Below are positions 10,772 to 22,499 of a stretch of DNA of 64,000 bases, in pieces (the first letter of the stretch is position 1; every line of letters starts with the position of its first letter). The position numbers were made by a program, and so were the translations under genes. Origin of the DNA: Nitrospirota bacterium (GTDB taxonomy: Bacteria > Nitrospirota > UBA9217); the NCBI GenBank assembly GCA_963845065.1, contig CAWJQQ010000002.1, positions 512,001-576,000 of the forward strand. Reading direction: 5' to 3'. Under the pieces are notes generated by a model. The model was not told where the DNA came from and searched no databases. It saw only the letters and a list, made by a program, of their open reading frames with translations.

Positions 10772-10980
10772 GGCCTATGAGTTTAAGCATTTTGCCAATC
10801 GTGGCAAAGTAAAAGGGCTATCCGGATTATGAGGTTGTTTTGGGCTCAAATTCCTTTTTGTGAAAATCCTTTGCAAAGGTTGTTATGTCGATTCCGAAGC
10901 TGTAACGACGTCGACCTTATTGCATTGCCGGATGAAAAAGATTATAAGAAAGTCAGTGGCGCACTGAGGTGAATGAATAG

Positions 10981-11594
<614 letters not shown>

Positions 11595-13237
11595 GTCGCG
11601 GGCAAAACAACCTCAAAATCCGGATTGTGATGGTGTGTCAAAAATGGCTATAACAACCTTAAAATCCGGATAGCCAGTAAAAGAAGTTGTAAAGGTGGTT
11701 AAGTCATACCGTCAACTTGCCACTTTGATAGCATCCGAGCAATGGGTGATATTTCACAAACAGGGAGCTTTTAAAAAAACCATGATATCAAGCATATTGA
11801 ATCTCTACTCAGCGCACGTTATAAGCAGACATGTCAATACCAAGCGGTTGGGATGCTTGATTCTTTTATTTCTAACAGGCAAAACGACGTCGTTTCATTA
11901 ATATGAGACAGCAGCCTGGATGAAAAAGTAAAACATCGATTGTTCATTATCAGCCGTTACTGTCTGTGGCATAAAAAAAGCCCCGTTTTCTCATCTCAGA
12001 CATAAATTAGCGATTGATGCTGATACGTTAAAGCTTGCCCGAGGAATTTTCAAACACATCCTATCGAAACACCGAAAACCCTCTATACAGCATATCATTA
12101 TGGCGCTTGATAGTAAAATAGCGTTGGTATCCGATAAGACCCCAGAACAAGCAAAGCATTTCGACCATTGGGTCCGGCTCTCTACACTGGAAAAGAGAAA
12201 GCCTGTCTATGTCCCGATTAAACATAATGACTATTGTGAAAATATTCCAGGAACGGTAAAGAAATTCTTACAAGTCAATGTTTCTGAGGCAGAAGTCTCT
12301 TTTTCATTCGTTAAGGATGTACCAGCAAATAAGGATTACCTACCTGAAACACCCAAGCTGTCTCTTGATCTTAGTTTTGCTACGCTCTTCGCAAGTGTTA
12401 AAGGAGATCTTTTTGCAGAACGTTTTTCCCTGTTCTTTAAAAATATGATGTTCTCATTACGTCATTGGCGCAGAATAGGCAGCGGCAAGGGATAAAAACC
12501 CGGTCACCATGCTACGATAATTTAGTCGTCAATCTCCGAGAATTCATGAAAAACTAGATTAACCGGATATTGAACCGCCCCGTTGACATTCACAAACCTG
12601 CGGAACTCATTGTAGAGCGCCTTGAATTCAGAAGCCCCGAGCTTTCAAAACGAATAAATCGGCTTATATCGAGATTTGGGAAATCCATAGTCAACACCAA
12701 GCTTGAATCTCTAAAATCTACTTTTGGCATAAAGATCTACTGAAACTGACCCTGCCTATTCATCTCAGGAATGTTCTGCATGCGGCTATGTGGATAAAGG
12801 CAATAGAATTACTCAATCGCAATTTCAATGCAAATGTTGTAACGCCGAATTTCATGCTGATGTAAACGGAGCTCTTAATCACCGTGCCAGAAGTTCTGAT
12901 ACGGTCATCAACGTTTACAAAAGCACTAAATCAGTACTTCATATTCTGACCGAAAGATTCCTGTCAAATATGGAGCGTAGTGCACGCCAAGAATGGCTCC
13001 GGGCTTACTGTCGTCAAACCCTTATTTTGCAGGACCGCTGGCACAGCCCAAAGGGTATTTATAGGTAATAATGGTTTTCTATAAAAATTCGTATTATTAC
13101 TAAGTGGGCGTCCAGCTTTTTTGCATCATACCCAAAGGCTGTACTATCTCCAATGAACGTGGTATTATTCCGGGTAGGAACGTATTCTCCCGGGCAGGCC
13201 ACTGTGCCTGTGGCAAGCGAAAGGTTTTTTCAAATCA

Positions 13238-15168
13238 TGAAGGTACACAGAAAGATCATAGCCCTCGTCGGTTTGGGCATGGTGCTAATGATAACGATCA
13301 CACTTGTAGCCCTCCAAAAAATCAGTGGGAATGTATCTCTGACTAACCAGAGCGTGCGAATATTATTCGCAAAAGATCAACGGATCGATACAATTGAGGC
13401 AGGCGTTAGCAGGATGTCGCTGGCTATTCACAAGTTCACGGAGACCGGAAACATGCTTTTCCATGGCATATACAATGACGCAAATTCAAATGTGCTTGAG
13501 TCGCTGTTTCCCCATGAGGATCCTGTGTTCTCGCAAGAAGAGAAGAATATCCTCGCGCAGCTTGCTGACGATATTCAATCCATGAACGCAGAATCGGAAC
13601 GAATTTTCTTACTTAAGGATCCCCTTGGCAAGAATCGTCTTCTGTCCAATGCGTTGGTTGGCAAAGTTGATGACAAGATCGCATCCATAGACCATGATAT
13701 ACATAATTATCGTGAACAGAGCGTTCGGGGGATGGCAAACATCTCCCCCCTGCTCCGAGCTAACAGGCTACGCGTTAATGATTATTTGCTACTCATAATG
13801 CTTGCGTCAGGCACGGTACTTCTCTTTTTGGGTTTTTATATCCACCGGAAAATATCAGCACCTCTGAGAGATCTGTGGAAGGGTGCAACCGAGATCAGCC
13901 AGGGCAATCTAGCATATCGGATGCAGATCCAGGGTACAAGCGACATTTCACAATTGGCGGAACGTTTTAATGAGATGGCCCAACAGCTCCGGCGTTCGTA
14001 CTCTGAACTGGAGAAAAAGCTGCTCGACCGCACGAACGAACTCGCCGCAATCGCCTCTGTTGCTCTCACCCTAAGCCAGTCGGGAAATCTCGAGGACATG
14101 CTTACTAAGTCCCTGGAGCAGATTCTGGGCAACCTTGCAGGACTTGACCCGACAGGCGGCATCTTCCTTTCCGAACCGGACGGAAAAACGCTGCGCCTCG
14201 TGGCCTCTAAGGGGCTATCTCAGGACTTCGTTCGGGACGAGGCGACAATCAGGATTGGCGAATGCCTTTGCGGCATCGCAGCGCAGACCGGTGAAATCCT
14301 GGTTACAGAGAAAAGTTACGACGACCCCCGCCACTCGCGCTGCCTCGGCAGCAGGGATCATGCACACATCATTATTCCGATTAAGTTACGCGAGGTCGTC
14401 CTTGGCGTCATTTTCCTGTACCCTCACAATTACTTCATGCTGAAACCCTCCGACCTCCAAATGCTCGACACAATTGGCGCTCAGCTTGGCTTGGCCATCG
14501 AAAATTTGAGGTTCTACGCCGAGGTCAAGGAGTCGAGCGAAAAATTCTGGGACCTTTTCGAGAATTCACGCGACATTCTTTTTACCATGGATTCCATAGG
14601 TACGCTCACGGCCGTGAACAGGGAGACTGAAAAGTTTAGCGGATACATGAAGAACGATCTTATCGGTAAGAGTGTATTGGATTTTCTGACTCCTGAGGGC
14701 TCAGAGACCGTAAAACGCATGCTGAACGGAGAAGGTCTTACTGCTCGCCAAGTTATTGAATTTGAAGTAATAAAGCGAGACAAGAGCCGCGCGTTCATTG
14801 AGATGAGCGCACGGAGGCTCTCAAAAAACCGGCTACCTACCGGGTTCCAAGTATCGGCCCGTGATATGACCGAACAAAAGCTGCTGCGCGAGAAGCTTCT
14901 CACTGCGGAACGGCTCGGGGCCATCGGCGAAGTTGTAATCACCGTACGGCATGAGATCAACAACCCTCTCACGACTGTCATCGGCAATATCGAACTGCTG
15001 CTCGAACGTTACAGAGATAAGGACAATGACCTCAAAACACGTTTGGGAACCATACTTAACAACTCACTCCGCATTGCAGAGATTGTCCAAAAACTGCAGG
15101 CGATCAAGCAGGATAAGGTCGTGGAATACGTCAAGGGCGTCGCGATGACCGACCTGAAACAGGAGTAA
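13238..15168 (+). CDS. Membrane sensor with HAMP-GAF-PAS-HisKA domains, lacking the HATPase domain
   Basis: Two TM segments, HAMP, GAF (GECLCG), PAS, H-box HEINNPL, then ends ~70 aa later; start could be 13153. Confidence 0.85.
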
Positions 15169-15179
15169 TTCGGCAGAAT

Positions 15180-15720
15180 GTGAATGCTCCCACAATCAAA
15201 GATAAAGCTATTGGTTGGACTTCCAATAAGGCAGTTCCTTGCGGATAGCTGACCCTTTGAAAGACGTAGTGTCACTTGCTGCACCGGGTTGGGCCGCAGC
15301 AAAAGGTAATTACCGATAGTGTCCGCAGCGTGCTCGTCAGCTTTTACTTTGATGTTACAGCACGGACAATAAATATTTCCCCTTGTCGCATGTTGGCGTC
15401 GACCAGGGAATGAACCGTACAGACAGTAGAAGTGTAATAGCTGGGAACAATCAGTTCTGGGATACCATCCCATCGTAATTTATTCGATGAGCTGTGAAGA
15501 TACTGCCCCTTCGATTCCTTGTTAATCATTTTTTTGAATGTCCGGCCCTTGTAACCGGATGAGCTTTTTTTGTCAGGATGGTCAAATCTTCACGTACTAT
15601 TGCCGAATGGTATTCTTTGGCTAGTATGGCTTCCTGATTAGATAGAGACCCAAACCATGATTTCTTTATGCTGGCGATTTTTTTATAGAGCGACAGCCGA
15701 AATTGTTTCTTTTTGAGGAT
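15180..15720 (-). pseudogene. Divergent TnpB/Cas12-like RuvC C-terminal remnant with an IS-like right end
   Basis: Frameshifted fragments SAIVREDL, GIPELIVPSYYTSTVC, CPCCNIKVKADEHAADTI; ends ...ATTGTGGGAGCATTCAC. Confidence 0.65.
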
Positions 15721-16110
15721 GTGCTAAAGCAATGGTAAAGTTTAAAAACGATTTCCTTCCGACGAAGTTTTCGTAGTTTTTTTTAAAATGCAGTAAATGA
15801 CCGCGCGGGAGCTTACCCCGTATGCTGAGCGAATGGCTTTTCATCGAGTGGTTTGTGGCAGGGGAAATAGTCCTTTTAGTATTAGTGAGCCACAAAAATT
15901 CACACGTTTATTTCGACACTTATGACGCGCAATTCAGAACAGGTGTTTTCAGGATGTTCAATAGCCATTACTGCCGTTCTTTGTGACCAGAAGATCGATC
16001 AGCAGTTCGAACGGTTTGTATCCTAACTGTTCACTAAAGCGGCCATACGGATCAACCTGTCGGGGCTGTGACAATGCGGGAAATATGTAACCACGCAATC
16101 GTGGAGGAAA

Positions 16111-16132
16111 AACCGAAATTATAATTTCGGTT
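16111..16132. repeat. Perfect 22-bp palindrome
   Basis: AACCGAAATTATAATTTCGGTT. Confidence 0.85.
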
Positions 16133-16287
16133 GCAGTAAGAACAAATTTATATTTTCATCTCTTCATGACCTTACCTTTTATACATACTTTTTGTAGCAT
16201 TTTCCCCAACCTAATCTTTTTCTAAACTGCCGCTCTACCTCCGCGGTATACTAAATATAGTTTTTAACATAATGACAGGGAGGCTTT

Positions 16288-17232
16288 ATGAAAAAAATTT
16301 TTGTAACGTTGTCCGCCCTTGTGTTGCTCATTGGTACTGCAGGTTGTACGTTGTTAAAGGTTTCCGTCGGTGAAAAAGTGCAGCCTTTTGCCGAAAAGGT
16401 GATTGCCGGCGAGGGACGCGATAAAATTCTGCTTCTCGATATATCTGGCTTTATTTCTTCAAGCAATGAGAGTAGCTCTTTCTTCGGCGCTAAAAAAGAA
16501 CCAGGTCTGCTGGCTCGGGTGCGGGAACAATTGGACCGGGCGCGGTCTGACCACGCCGTAAAGGCGCTGTTGCTCCGGATCAATAGCCCTGGTGGCGGAG
16601 TGACCGCATCCGATGAGCTTTATCATGAATTGATAAAATTTAAAAATGATACGGGCGTTAAAATCCTAGCTCACATCATGGACATTGGGACTTCGGGAGC
16701 CTACTACACGGCACTCTCAGCGGATCTGATCACGGCCCAGCCAACGAGTGTGACCGGTAGCATCGGTGTAATCATGTACAGTTTTGATGGTGTGGGTTTG
16801 ATGCAGAAAATTGGACTCCAGGCAGTCGAGATTTCTTCGGGACCCCGAAAGGGTATGGGCTCACCCTTCCGCCCGCTCGCTCCTGAAGAGCGTGCCATTT
16901 TTCAAAACGTGATCGACAGTCTTCACGGACGGTTTGTGAATACCGTTATGGAATCTCGAAAATTGCCGCTAGAAACTGTGAAGAGTCTTTCTGATGGCCG
17001 CATTTTTACAAGTCAGGAAGCACAGGCAAAGGGTCTCATTGACAGCATCGGTTATCTCGACGACGCCATCGACCAGGTCAAAAATCTTGCACACTTAAAA
17101 AGGGCCTCAATCGTGACCTACATTCGCCCGGGAGAATACCGCTCCAATCTATACTCGCTAAATCTCATCAACATTGACATGAGAGAGGTCATGGAGCCAG
17201 GAGCGAATTTCCTGTACATATGGTGGCCTTGA
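16288..17232 (+). CDS. sppA: Signal peptide peptidase SppA (36K type), lipoprotein-like N-terminus
   Basis: RINSPGG, TSGAYY, TGSIGV, DGRIFT motifs; GGGAGG RBS. Confidence 0.93.
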   Translation: MKKIFVTLSALVLLIGTAGCTLLKVSVGEKVQPFAEKVIAGEGRDKILLLDISGFISSSNESSSFFGAKKEPGLLARVREQLDRARSDHAVKALLLRINSPGGGVTASDELYHELIKFKNDTGVKILAHIMDIGTSGAYYTALSADLITAQPTSVTGSIGVIMYSFDGVGLMQKIGLQAVEISSGPRKGMGSPFRPLAPEERAIFQNVIDSLHGRFVNTVMESRKLPLETVKSLSDGRIFTSQEAQAKGLIDSIGYLDDAIDQVKNLAHLKRASIVTYIRPGEYRSNLYSLNLINIDMREVMEPGANFLYIWWP

Positions 17233-17263
17233 AGTCGCGTCGTCTAGGAATGAACTTACAGAA

Positions 17264-18927
17264 CTGACCACTCCCCATGTCTAAAGCCAGGGGGTTCTAG
17301 CGGCTGTACCGACAGGCTCTCCGGCAACAATACGAACGTTGTCGGCCTCGACTGTCGTTGATCCGCCTTTAACGGACGAGCAGCTCTGTCTCCGGTTCGT
17401 GGTGTTCTCTTGCTTGATACCGAAGCTGGTTGGATGAATTCGACCCTTTGCCGCTTCATGCTGCACCCCCAACACCGCCCGTTCCAGGAGCAGGTTTGCA
17501 CCCGGCCAGGCTTTGGCAGCCTGACGCGTGTCGAGGACATCGTTAGAAACATGCTTTGCAAGGAATGCGGAATAGAGATCACGCTGGGTGCTTACCCCGC
17601 AGTTGCAGGCATGCCATCTTTGGGACAATGATTTTTGGGCTACTGTTCCGCAATGGCATGTCTGGGAAAGCTTTGTGCTCCGGGTAGAAAACTCGGTTAC
17701 TTTACCGCCAGCGTTTTCGGCTTTGTGGTGAAGCATCGACATAAACATCCCCGGAGCTCGTCGCGAAATACTTTTACCATAGAGTTTCTGAAATGCTTTG
17801 TACGACAGTTTCTCGGTTTTGATGTCGGTACCGAGAGTGAGGACTTTGTTCACGAGCTTGCCATGAGACCGTTTTCTGGTTTCAGCAAGGATTCTTTGAA
17901 GTTCGGCGAGCTTAGCTTTAAGAACACGGTATTGAGCAGAAAAGACCCACTGCTTTTTACCCGTTTTGATGGTTTTGTCTCCGTTGTAGTTGCCCGGGTT
18001 GGTAGCACGAAGGCTTCTGGCCATTTTGCGCTGGACGGTCTTGATACGTTTAAACGGTATCTCGACTTCAGGGCAAAATTCGAGTAGTAACGCATCGGTA
18101 TCACCAACGATGGCAACTGTCGACGGGCCAATGTCAAGGCCAACGGTTTCGGTGCCAATCTGGTTTTCACGCTTGATCTTGGCCGTGCCTTTAAGCACAA
18201 GTTGGGCAAACCAGCGGGGATTGCCGCGGATAGTTTTCTTGACCAGACGAACGTACTTGATGTCATGGCTAAGTGCATGAGCCTGAACGCCAAACTTGTC
18301 TTTCTTGTCGAAGACACAGTTGAGACGAAGGCCAGTCCACTCCACATGGTCATCGCACCACCGAATACCAGATTTGTTGTTTTTACCTTCAAGGGACGAC
18401 ATCCAGCCATGGCGCTTGAAGCGTGGTTTGCCATGCTTCCCAAACTCGTAGTCAGCGACGGCGCTATATGCTCGAGATGCTATCTTCTGGGCGGTCAGGC
18501 TGTCAATATGCTCACTGATCCAGCAGGAATTGCGGAGGATACCGACGTAGTTATGAAGGTGGTATTCAGTATATTCAGCCTGGGTTCTGGCTGTCTTAAA
18601 CATCTTGGTGCGAGGCTTGCTTTTCTTCTTCGTGATCGCCACGAGCCATTTTTCTGATCGCCGCATGGCAGTAAGACGCTTCATCGCTTCACCAAGGCAG
18701 GCATTGTACAGATAACGGCCAGCTTCGAGCCGGGCATCGAACATTCGATTGTCCTTTGGAGTCGCTACGAGTTGAAACTCGTGGATACAAGATGGGGTTT
18801 TAGGTTTATTCGGCATTGGTTGTTTGAATATACCACATAGATGTACATTTGTCTACTAATTGCCGGAAAACAAAGTTCCCGCATTCATCCCCATGGTTAA
18901 AACCAGGGGCTTTCTGCGGATAGTTTG
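17264..18927 (-). mobile_element. tnpB-only IS200/IS605 element, copy 2 (intact)
   Basis: TTAC|CAAACTATCCGCAGAAAGCCCCTGG left end; GAACCCCCTGGCTTTAGACATGGGGAGTGGTCAG right end. Confidence 0.93.
17281..18816 (-). CDS. tnpB: TnpB RNA-guided nuclease, 511 aa
   Basis: RuvC triad VGLDIG / KTEKL / QRDLY; zinc ligands CHC...CNC. Confidence 0.93.
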   Translation of the reverse strand: MPNKPKTPSCIHEFQLVATPKDNRMFDARLEAGRYLYNACLGEAMKRLTAMRRSEKWLVAITKKKSKPRTKMFKTARTQAEYTEYHLHNYVGILRNSCWISEHIDSLTAQKIASRAYSAVADYEFGKHGKPRFKRHGWMSSLEGKNNKSGIRWCDDHVEWTGLRLNCVFDKKDKFGVQAHALSHDIKYVRLVKKTIRGNPRWFAQLVLKGTAKIKRENQIGTETVGLDIGPSTVAIVGDTDALLLEFCPEVEIPFKRIKTVQRKMARSLRATNPGNYNGDKTIKTGKKQWVFSAQYRVLKAKLAELQRILAETRKRSHGKLVNKVLTLGTDIKTEKLSYKAFQKLYGKSISRRAPGMFMSMLHHKAENAGGKVTEFSTRSTKLSQTCHCGTVAQKSLSQRWHACNCGVSTQRDLYSAFLAKHVSNDVLDTRQAAKAWPGANLLLERAVLGVQHEAAKGRIHPTSFGIKQENTTNRRQSCSSVKGGSTTVEADNVRIVAGEPVGTAARTPWL

Positions 18928-19011
18928 GTAAGTACAAAAAAAACAAATTGAGACGATTGACATGTCTGCGACGACTATGCTATGGTTAGTTTCAGAAGAG
19001 AGGAGGCACTC

Positions 19012-19482
19012 ATGATAAAAGCTTCAATCCTGCTTATCGTTTTGACGTTGTTCATGATGACAAACGTCGCACTTGGACATGCAGAGGAGGAACTCTTCGA
19101 TACCAAGGCGGCAATGCAGCATCTCGATCAGGGTATCATGTATCTGAATTCGAAAAATTTTGATGCGGCCATCAAAGAATTCGAGGCCTCCGCAAATATC
19201 AATCCCGATGCCAAAGCCTACTATTATCTTGGCTATGCCTATTACCTCAAGGGCAGGAAGAGAAATGGAGAATATAGGAATAAGTCACGAGAAAACTTCG
19301 AGAGGGCTTACGAAATAGATCCGAACTTTTCACCGTTGCGGTTCAAGCCTACTGAGCAGGTCCCTGCTCAAATGAAGCAATCGGAACGGGCTTTTCCACC
19401 GGCATCTCAGGCGACGCCATCACTGTCCAGCCCGGAGTCGAAACAGCAACAACCTGCGCCGCATGATGAGTCAACGAAGTAA
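19012..19482 (+). CDS. Exported TPR protein
   Basis: Signal peptide, TPR-like AYYYLGYAYY, Pro/Gln-rich tail; AGGAGG RBS. Confidence 0.8.
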   Translation: MIKASILLIVLTLFMMTNVALGHAEEELFDTKAAMQHLDQGIMYLNSKNFDAAIKEFEASANINPDAKAYYYLGYAYYLKGRKRNGEYRNKSRENFERAYEIDPNFSPLRFKPTEQVPAQMKQSERAFPPASQATPSLSSPESKQQQPAPHDESTK

Positions 19483-19744
19483 TGATTTATCCCAGGACAA
19501 TACACTACCTTGAGCCACAAGCTGGTATGCGGTGACAACTACATCACTACTCAAAGCTATAGCTCTATCAACATTTTTTTATGACACGCTTTTTCACATA
19601 GGGATTAACGGGCAGGATAAATGAAAATGGTGCCGGTGCTTGGGGAGATTCACCCTTTTCTCGTTACTGCTGTCTGCAACGGATACGCCAATGCGATATC
19701 ACACTCTTTACGCGGCCACGGATGACTAGTACCAACCATATAAG

Positions 19745-20080
19745 TCACTGTCCATCTCGGGCTATTCTGATCAACGTGGCTGTATAATCACTTCCGCAAT
19801 CTTGCTTCATCGTTATTGTTTCCAGCTCTGTAAGAAAGTGCAGTGCTTCCTCCCTGTTTTTCCCGCACGTATCCGATATTTGGTAGGAGCGGCACACAAC
19901 CGGCCGATACGGCATGCCGTAAATCGCACAAAGGTTGTTTGGGGTCAGTTGTATGCATCGGACTCCCGCAGGTTTTCCATTGGGCATACCTGGGACGTTC
20001 GACGAGATAGAGGGTGCAATACAACAGGCACCGCAACCGACGCGGCAGGCAAGTTTCTGTGAATCGGGGTTAGTATTCAT
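19745..20080 (-). CDS. YkgJ family cysteine-cluster protein
   Basis: CRVGCGACC...GKPAGVRC...CAIY...RPVVC. Confidence 0.88.
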   Translation of the reverse strand: MNTNPDSQKLACRVGCGACCIAPSISSNVPGMPNGKPAGVRCIQLTPNNLCAIYGMPYRPVVCRSYQISDTCGKNREEALHFLTELETITMKQDCGSDYTATLIRIARDGQ

Positions 20081-20146
20081 AACGGAAAAACCGGTCTTTG
20101 CCGGCGGTTGAGCTCGAAGACCACCCCATGCAACGAAATCAAATTA

Positions 20147-21175
20147 TCACAGGACCGTGAGCTTCTGTTTTTTAAATGAAATGAGGCTTTTCATCTGATC
20201 GAGCAGGCTGTTGAATTCCTTGAAATGGAGTGACTGAGCACCATCGGACAGAGCATGCTCAGGATCGGGATGGATTTCCACAATAACGCCGTGAGCTCCG
20301 ACGACAATTGCCGCCAGCGCCGTAGGGAGCACCAGATCTCGTTTCCCCGTTGCATGGCTCGGATCAAAAATAACCGGCAGATGGGTCATTTTCCTGACCA
20401 GTGGAATAATGGCAAGATCCGCCGTATTCCTCGTCGCGGTTTCGAAAGTCCGTATTCCACGCTCGCACAATACGACGTTAGGATTGCCGTTAACCAAAAT
20501 ATATTCTGCCGAACCGAGCCATTCTTCAACTGTTGCTGAAAGGCCGCGTTTCAGGATCACCGGTTTATTGATCTTGCCGACCTCGGTCAACAAGTCGAAG
20601 TTCTGCATGTTCCGTGCGCCAATCTGCAAAATGTCGACCTTCCCCGCAACAATTCCCACGTGTTCGGGGCTTACGATCTCGGTCACAACGAGAAGACCGG
20701 TTTCTTTCCTCACCTCGTCAAGCAGCTCAAGCCCACCTTCGCGGAGTCCCTGAAAACTATGCGGGCTCGTTCTAGGCTTATAAGCACCACCGCGCAGCAC
20801 CGGTACGCCCAGCTTTTTAAGGAACTGAGCGGTCTTCATTAGCTGGTCCCTGCTCTCAACAGCACAAGGACCGGCGATCATGAGGAAGGGCGATGTGCTA
20901 CCGACCGTAACTTTTTTCCCGAGGGTTACCACCGTATCCTTTGGGTGGAAGTCTCGGCTCACAAGTTTATAAGGCTTGGTTACATGGATAATCTCCTGGA
21001 TGGCCTTGTTCCCCCGTAGAGCCGAATCGTCGACCCACCCCTGATTGCCGATCACGCCGATGGCTGTCCGCTCGGCGCCAGGAATGGCTACGGGCTTGAA
21101 GCCCATCTTGGTGATGGTTTTTTTTATGTTTTCCACGTCCTTAACTGTTGCCGTGTGGTGCAGTACGATTAGCAT
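20147..21175 (-). CDS. aroF: DAHP synthase, class I-beta with N-terminal regulatory domain
   Basis: IAGPCAVE, GAYKPRTSP, IGARNMQNF, DPSHATG. Confidence 0.95.
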   Translation of the reverse strand: MLIVLHHTATVKDVENIKKTITKMGFKPVAIPGAERTAIGVIGNQGWVDDSALRGNKAIQEIIHVTKPYKLVSRDFHPKDTVVTLGKKVTVGSTSPFLMIAGPCAVESRDQLMKTAQFLKKLGVPVLRGGAYKPRTSPHSFQGLREGGLELLDEVRKETGLLVVTEIVSPEHVGIVAGKVDILQIGARNMQNFDLLTEVGKINKPVILKRGLSATVEEWLGSAEYILVNGNPNVVLCERGIRTFETATRNTADLAIIPLVRKMTHLPVIFDPSHATGKRDLVLPTALAAIVVGAHGVIVEIHPDPEHALSDGAQSLHFKEFNSLLDQMKSLISFKKQKLTVL

Positions 21176-21276
21176 GCAGTAACTCCTGGCATCACGTCTT
21201 AGTATTGCTTCTCATACTATATAACATAACGCTTCATGAACAGACTTTGAAAACGGGGAAAATCCTGCCACGATTT

Positions 21277-21492
21277 TTATTTTTTTTCTACCCGCTCGCG
21301 CTTTCGGCGCAACGTGATGCTCTCACCAGCGATGCCCCAGTTATCGGTATCGATTTCTTCAATGACCACAACGGTGGTTTGCGGGTTCTTCCCAAGAACG
21401 TCCTGTAGCATGGTGGTCACTCCCTGAATCAGTTTCGCCTTCTGCTCAGTTGAGGCACCTTCTTTAGTTATCTTGATATTTACATAAGGCAT
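21277..21492 (-). CDS. 4-oxalocrotonate tautomerase family protein
   Basis: N-terminal Pro (MPYVNIK), NWGIAG. Confidence 0.9.
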   Translation of the reverse strand: MPYVNIKITKEGASTEQKAKLIQGVTTMLQDVLGKNPQTTVVVIEEIDTDNWGIAGESITLRRKRERVEKK

Positions 21493-21537
21493 TTGAACCT
21501 CCTGAATCGCGTGATAGTATCATCCCGAGTGTGCTTA

Positions 21538-22320
21538 TTAAAGCGTACCGCCGATATGAGCCATGGTGAGCCCTTTTGTGATCTCGCGTTTGATATATAC
21601 TTTGATGATGTTCTGGTCTTCGAGGCTGATGCGGACGAATTTTATACCCATGCCGGGGGTTTTCAGCGGACCTCCCTCGCGCTGGAAACTGTAGAGCACC
21701 ATTCCCTCCACCTTAATTTTCATTTCTTCCAGTAATATCGTAATCGGAATCTGGAGCCCGATTGACTTGGGCTTTGATGTGCTGATATACATCCCGTTTT
21801 CCGACAAGGCAGTGATGTAATCACCGCTCCCGGCATATTCCGCGGCTTTACCGTCTCCCACGATTACGTTTAACGCAGTATTTAGCCGGATATACTGTCG
21901 GGGCTGCGATTCAGTCGCTTTCTGTATCGCCGCGTACAGTACATCGGGTTCTACCGGCTTTTGCAGGTAGGCGGCACACCCCTCCTGCAGAGAGGCGGCT
22001 TTGATGGCTTGGTCTTTTGACGACGTTAGCATGATGACCGGCACGGAAAAGGACTGTGGATTGCGTTTGATCTTTTTCAAGAGATCGAGACCGTTCATCC
22101 CGCCGAGGAATATTTCCGTTAAGATAAGCGCAGGTTGGGCAACACTCACAATCTCCAGTGCGTCTTCCGCATTTTTTGCTGTGTGGATGTTGTATTCAAG
22201 CCGTTGCAGCAGCATGCTCGTATAAAACAGATGCGCGCTATCGCCATCGACGATGACAAGGAGGCGTTTTTCCCGGTCCCCGGATTTCAACGCCGTGTTT
22301 TGCTTGATGGTATCAGCCAT
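21538..22320 (-). CDS. Response regulator receiver plus PilZ-like domain protein
   Basis: Receiver domain (KPV; the phosphoacceptor position reads E in LILTE), RQYIR, ALSENG, GMGIKF. Confidence 0.8.
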   Translation of the reverse strand: MADTIKQNTALKSGDREKRLLVIVDGDSAHLFYTSMLLQRLEYNIHTAKNAEDALEIVSVAQPALILTEIFLGGMNGLDLLKKIKRNPQSFSVPVIMLTSSKDQAIKAASLQEGCAAYLQKPVEPDVLYAAIQKATESQPRQYIRLNTALNVIVGDGKAAEYAGSGDYITALSENGMYISTSKPKSIGLQIPITILLEEMKIKVEGMVLYSFQREGGPLKTPGMGIKFVRISLEDQNIIKVYIKREITKGLTMAHIGGTL

Positions 22321-22499
22321 CTCTCATTCCTCACTCTATCATAGTTTCCGGGCGAAGCTCCTGCGTTTCTTGGCTACTGTTACTCCTTCGTAACTGTTCG
22401 CCCCGGTTCTTATATCGGCAAAGTGATTTTATACCGGATGGCTAACATCTGCAAGATGAAAGTTACGCCGATACAGGCGCTGACCACCGCAGTATCGTT

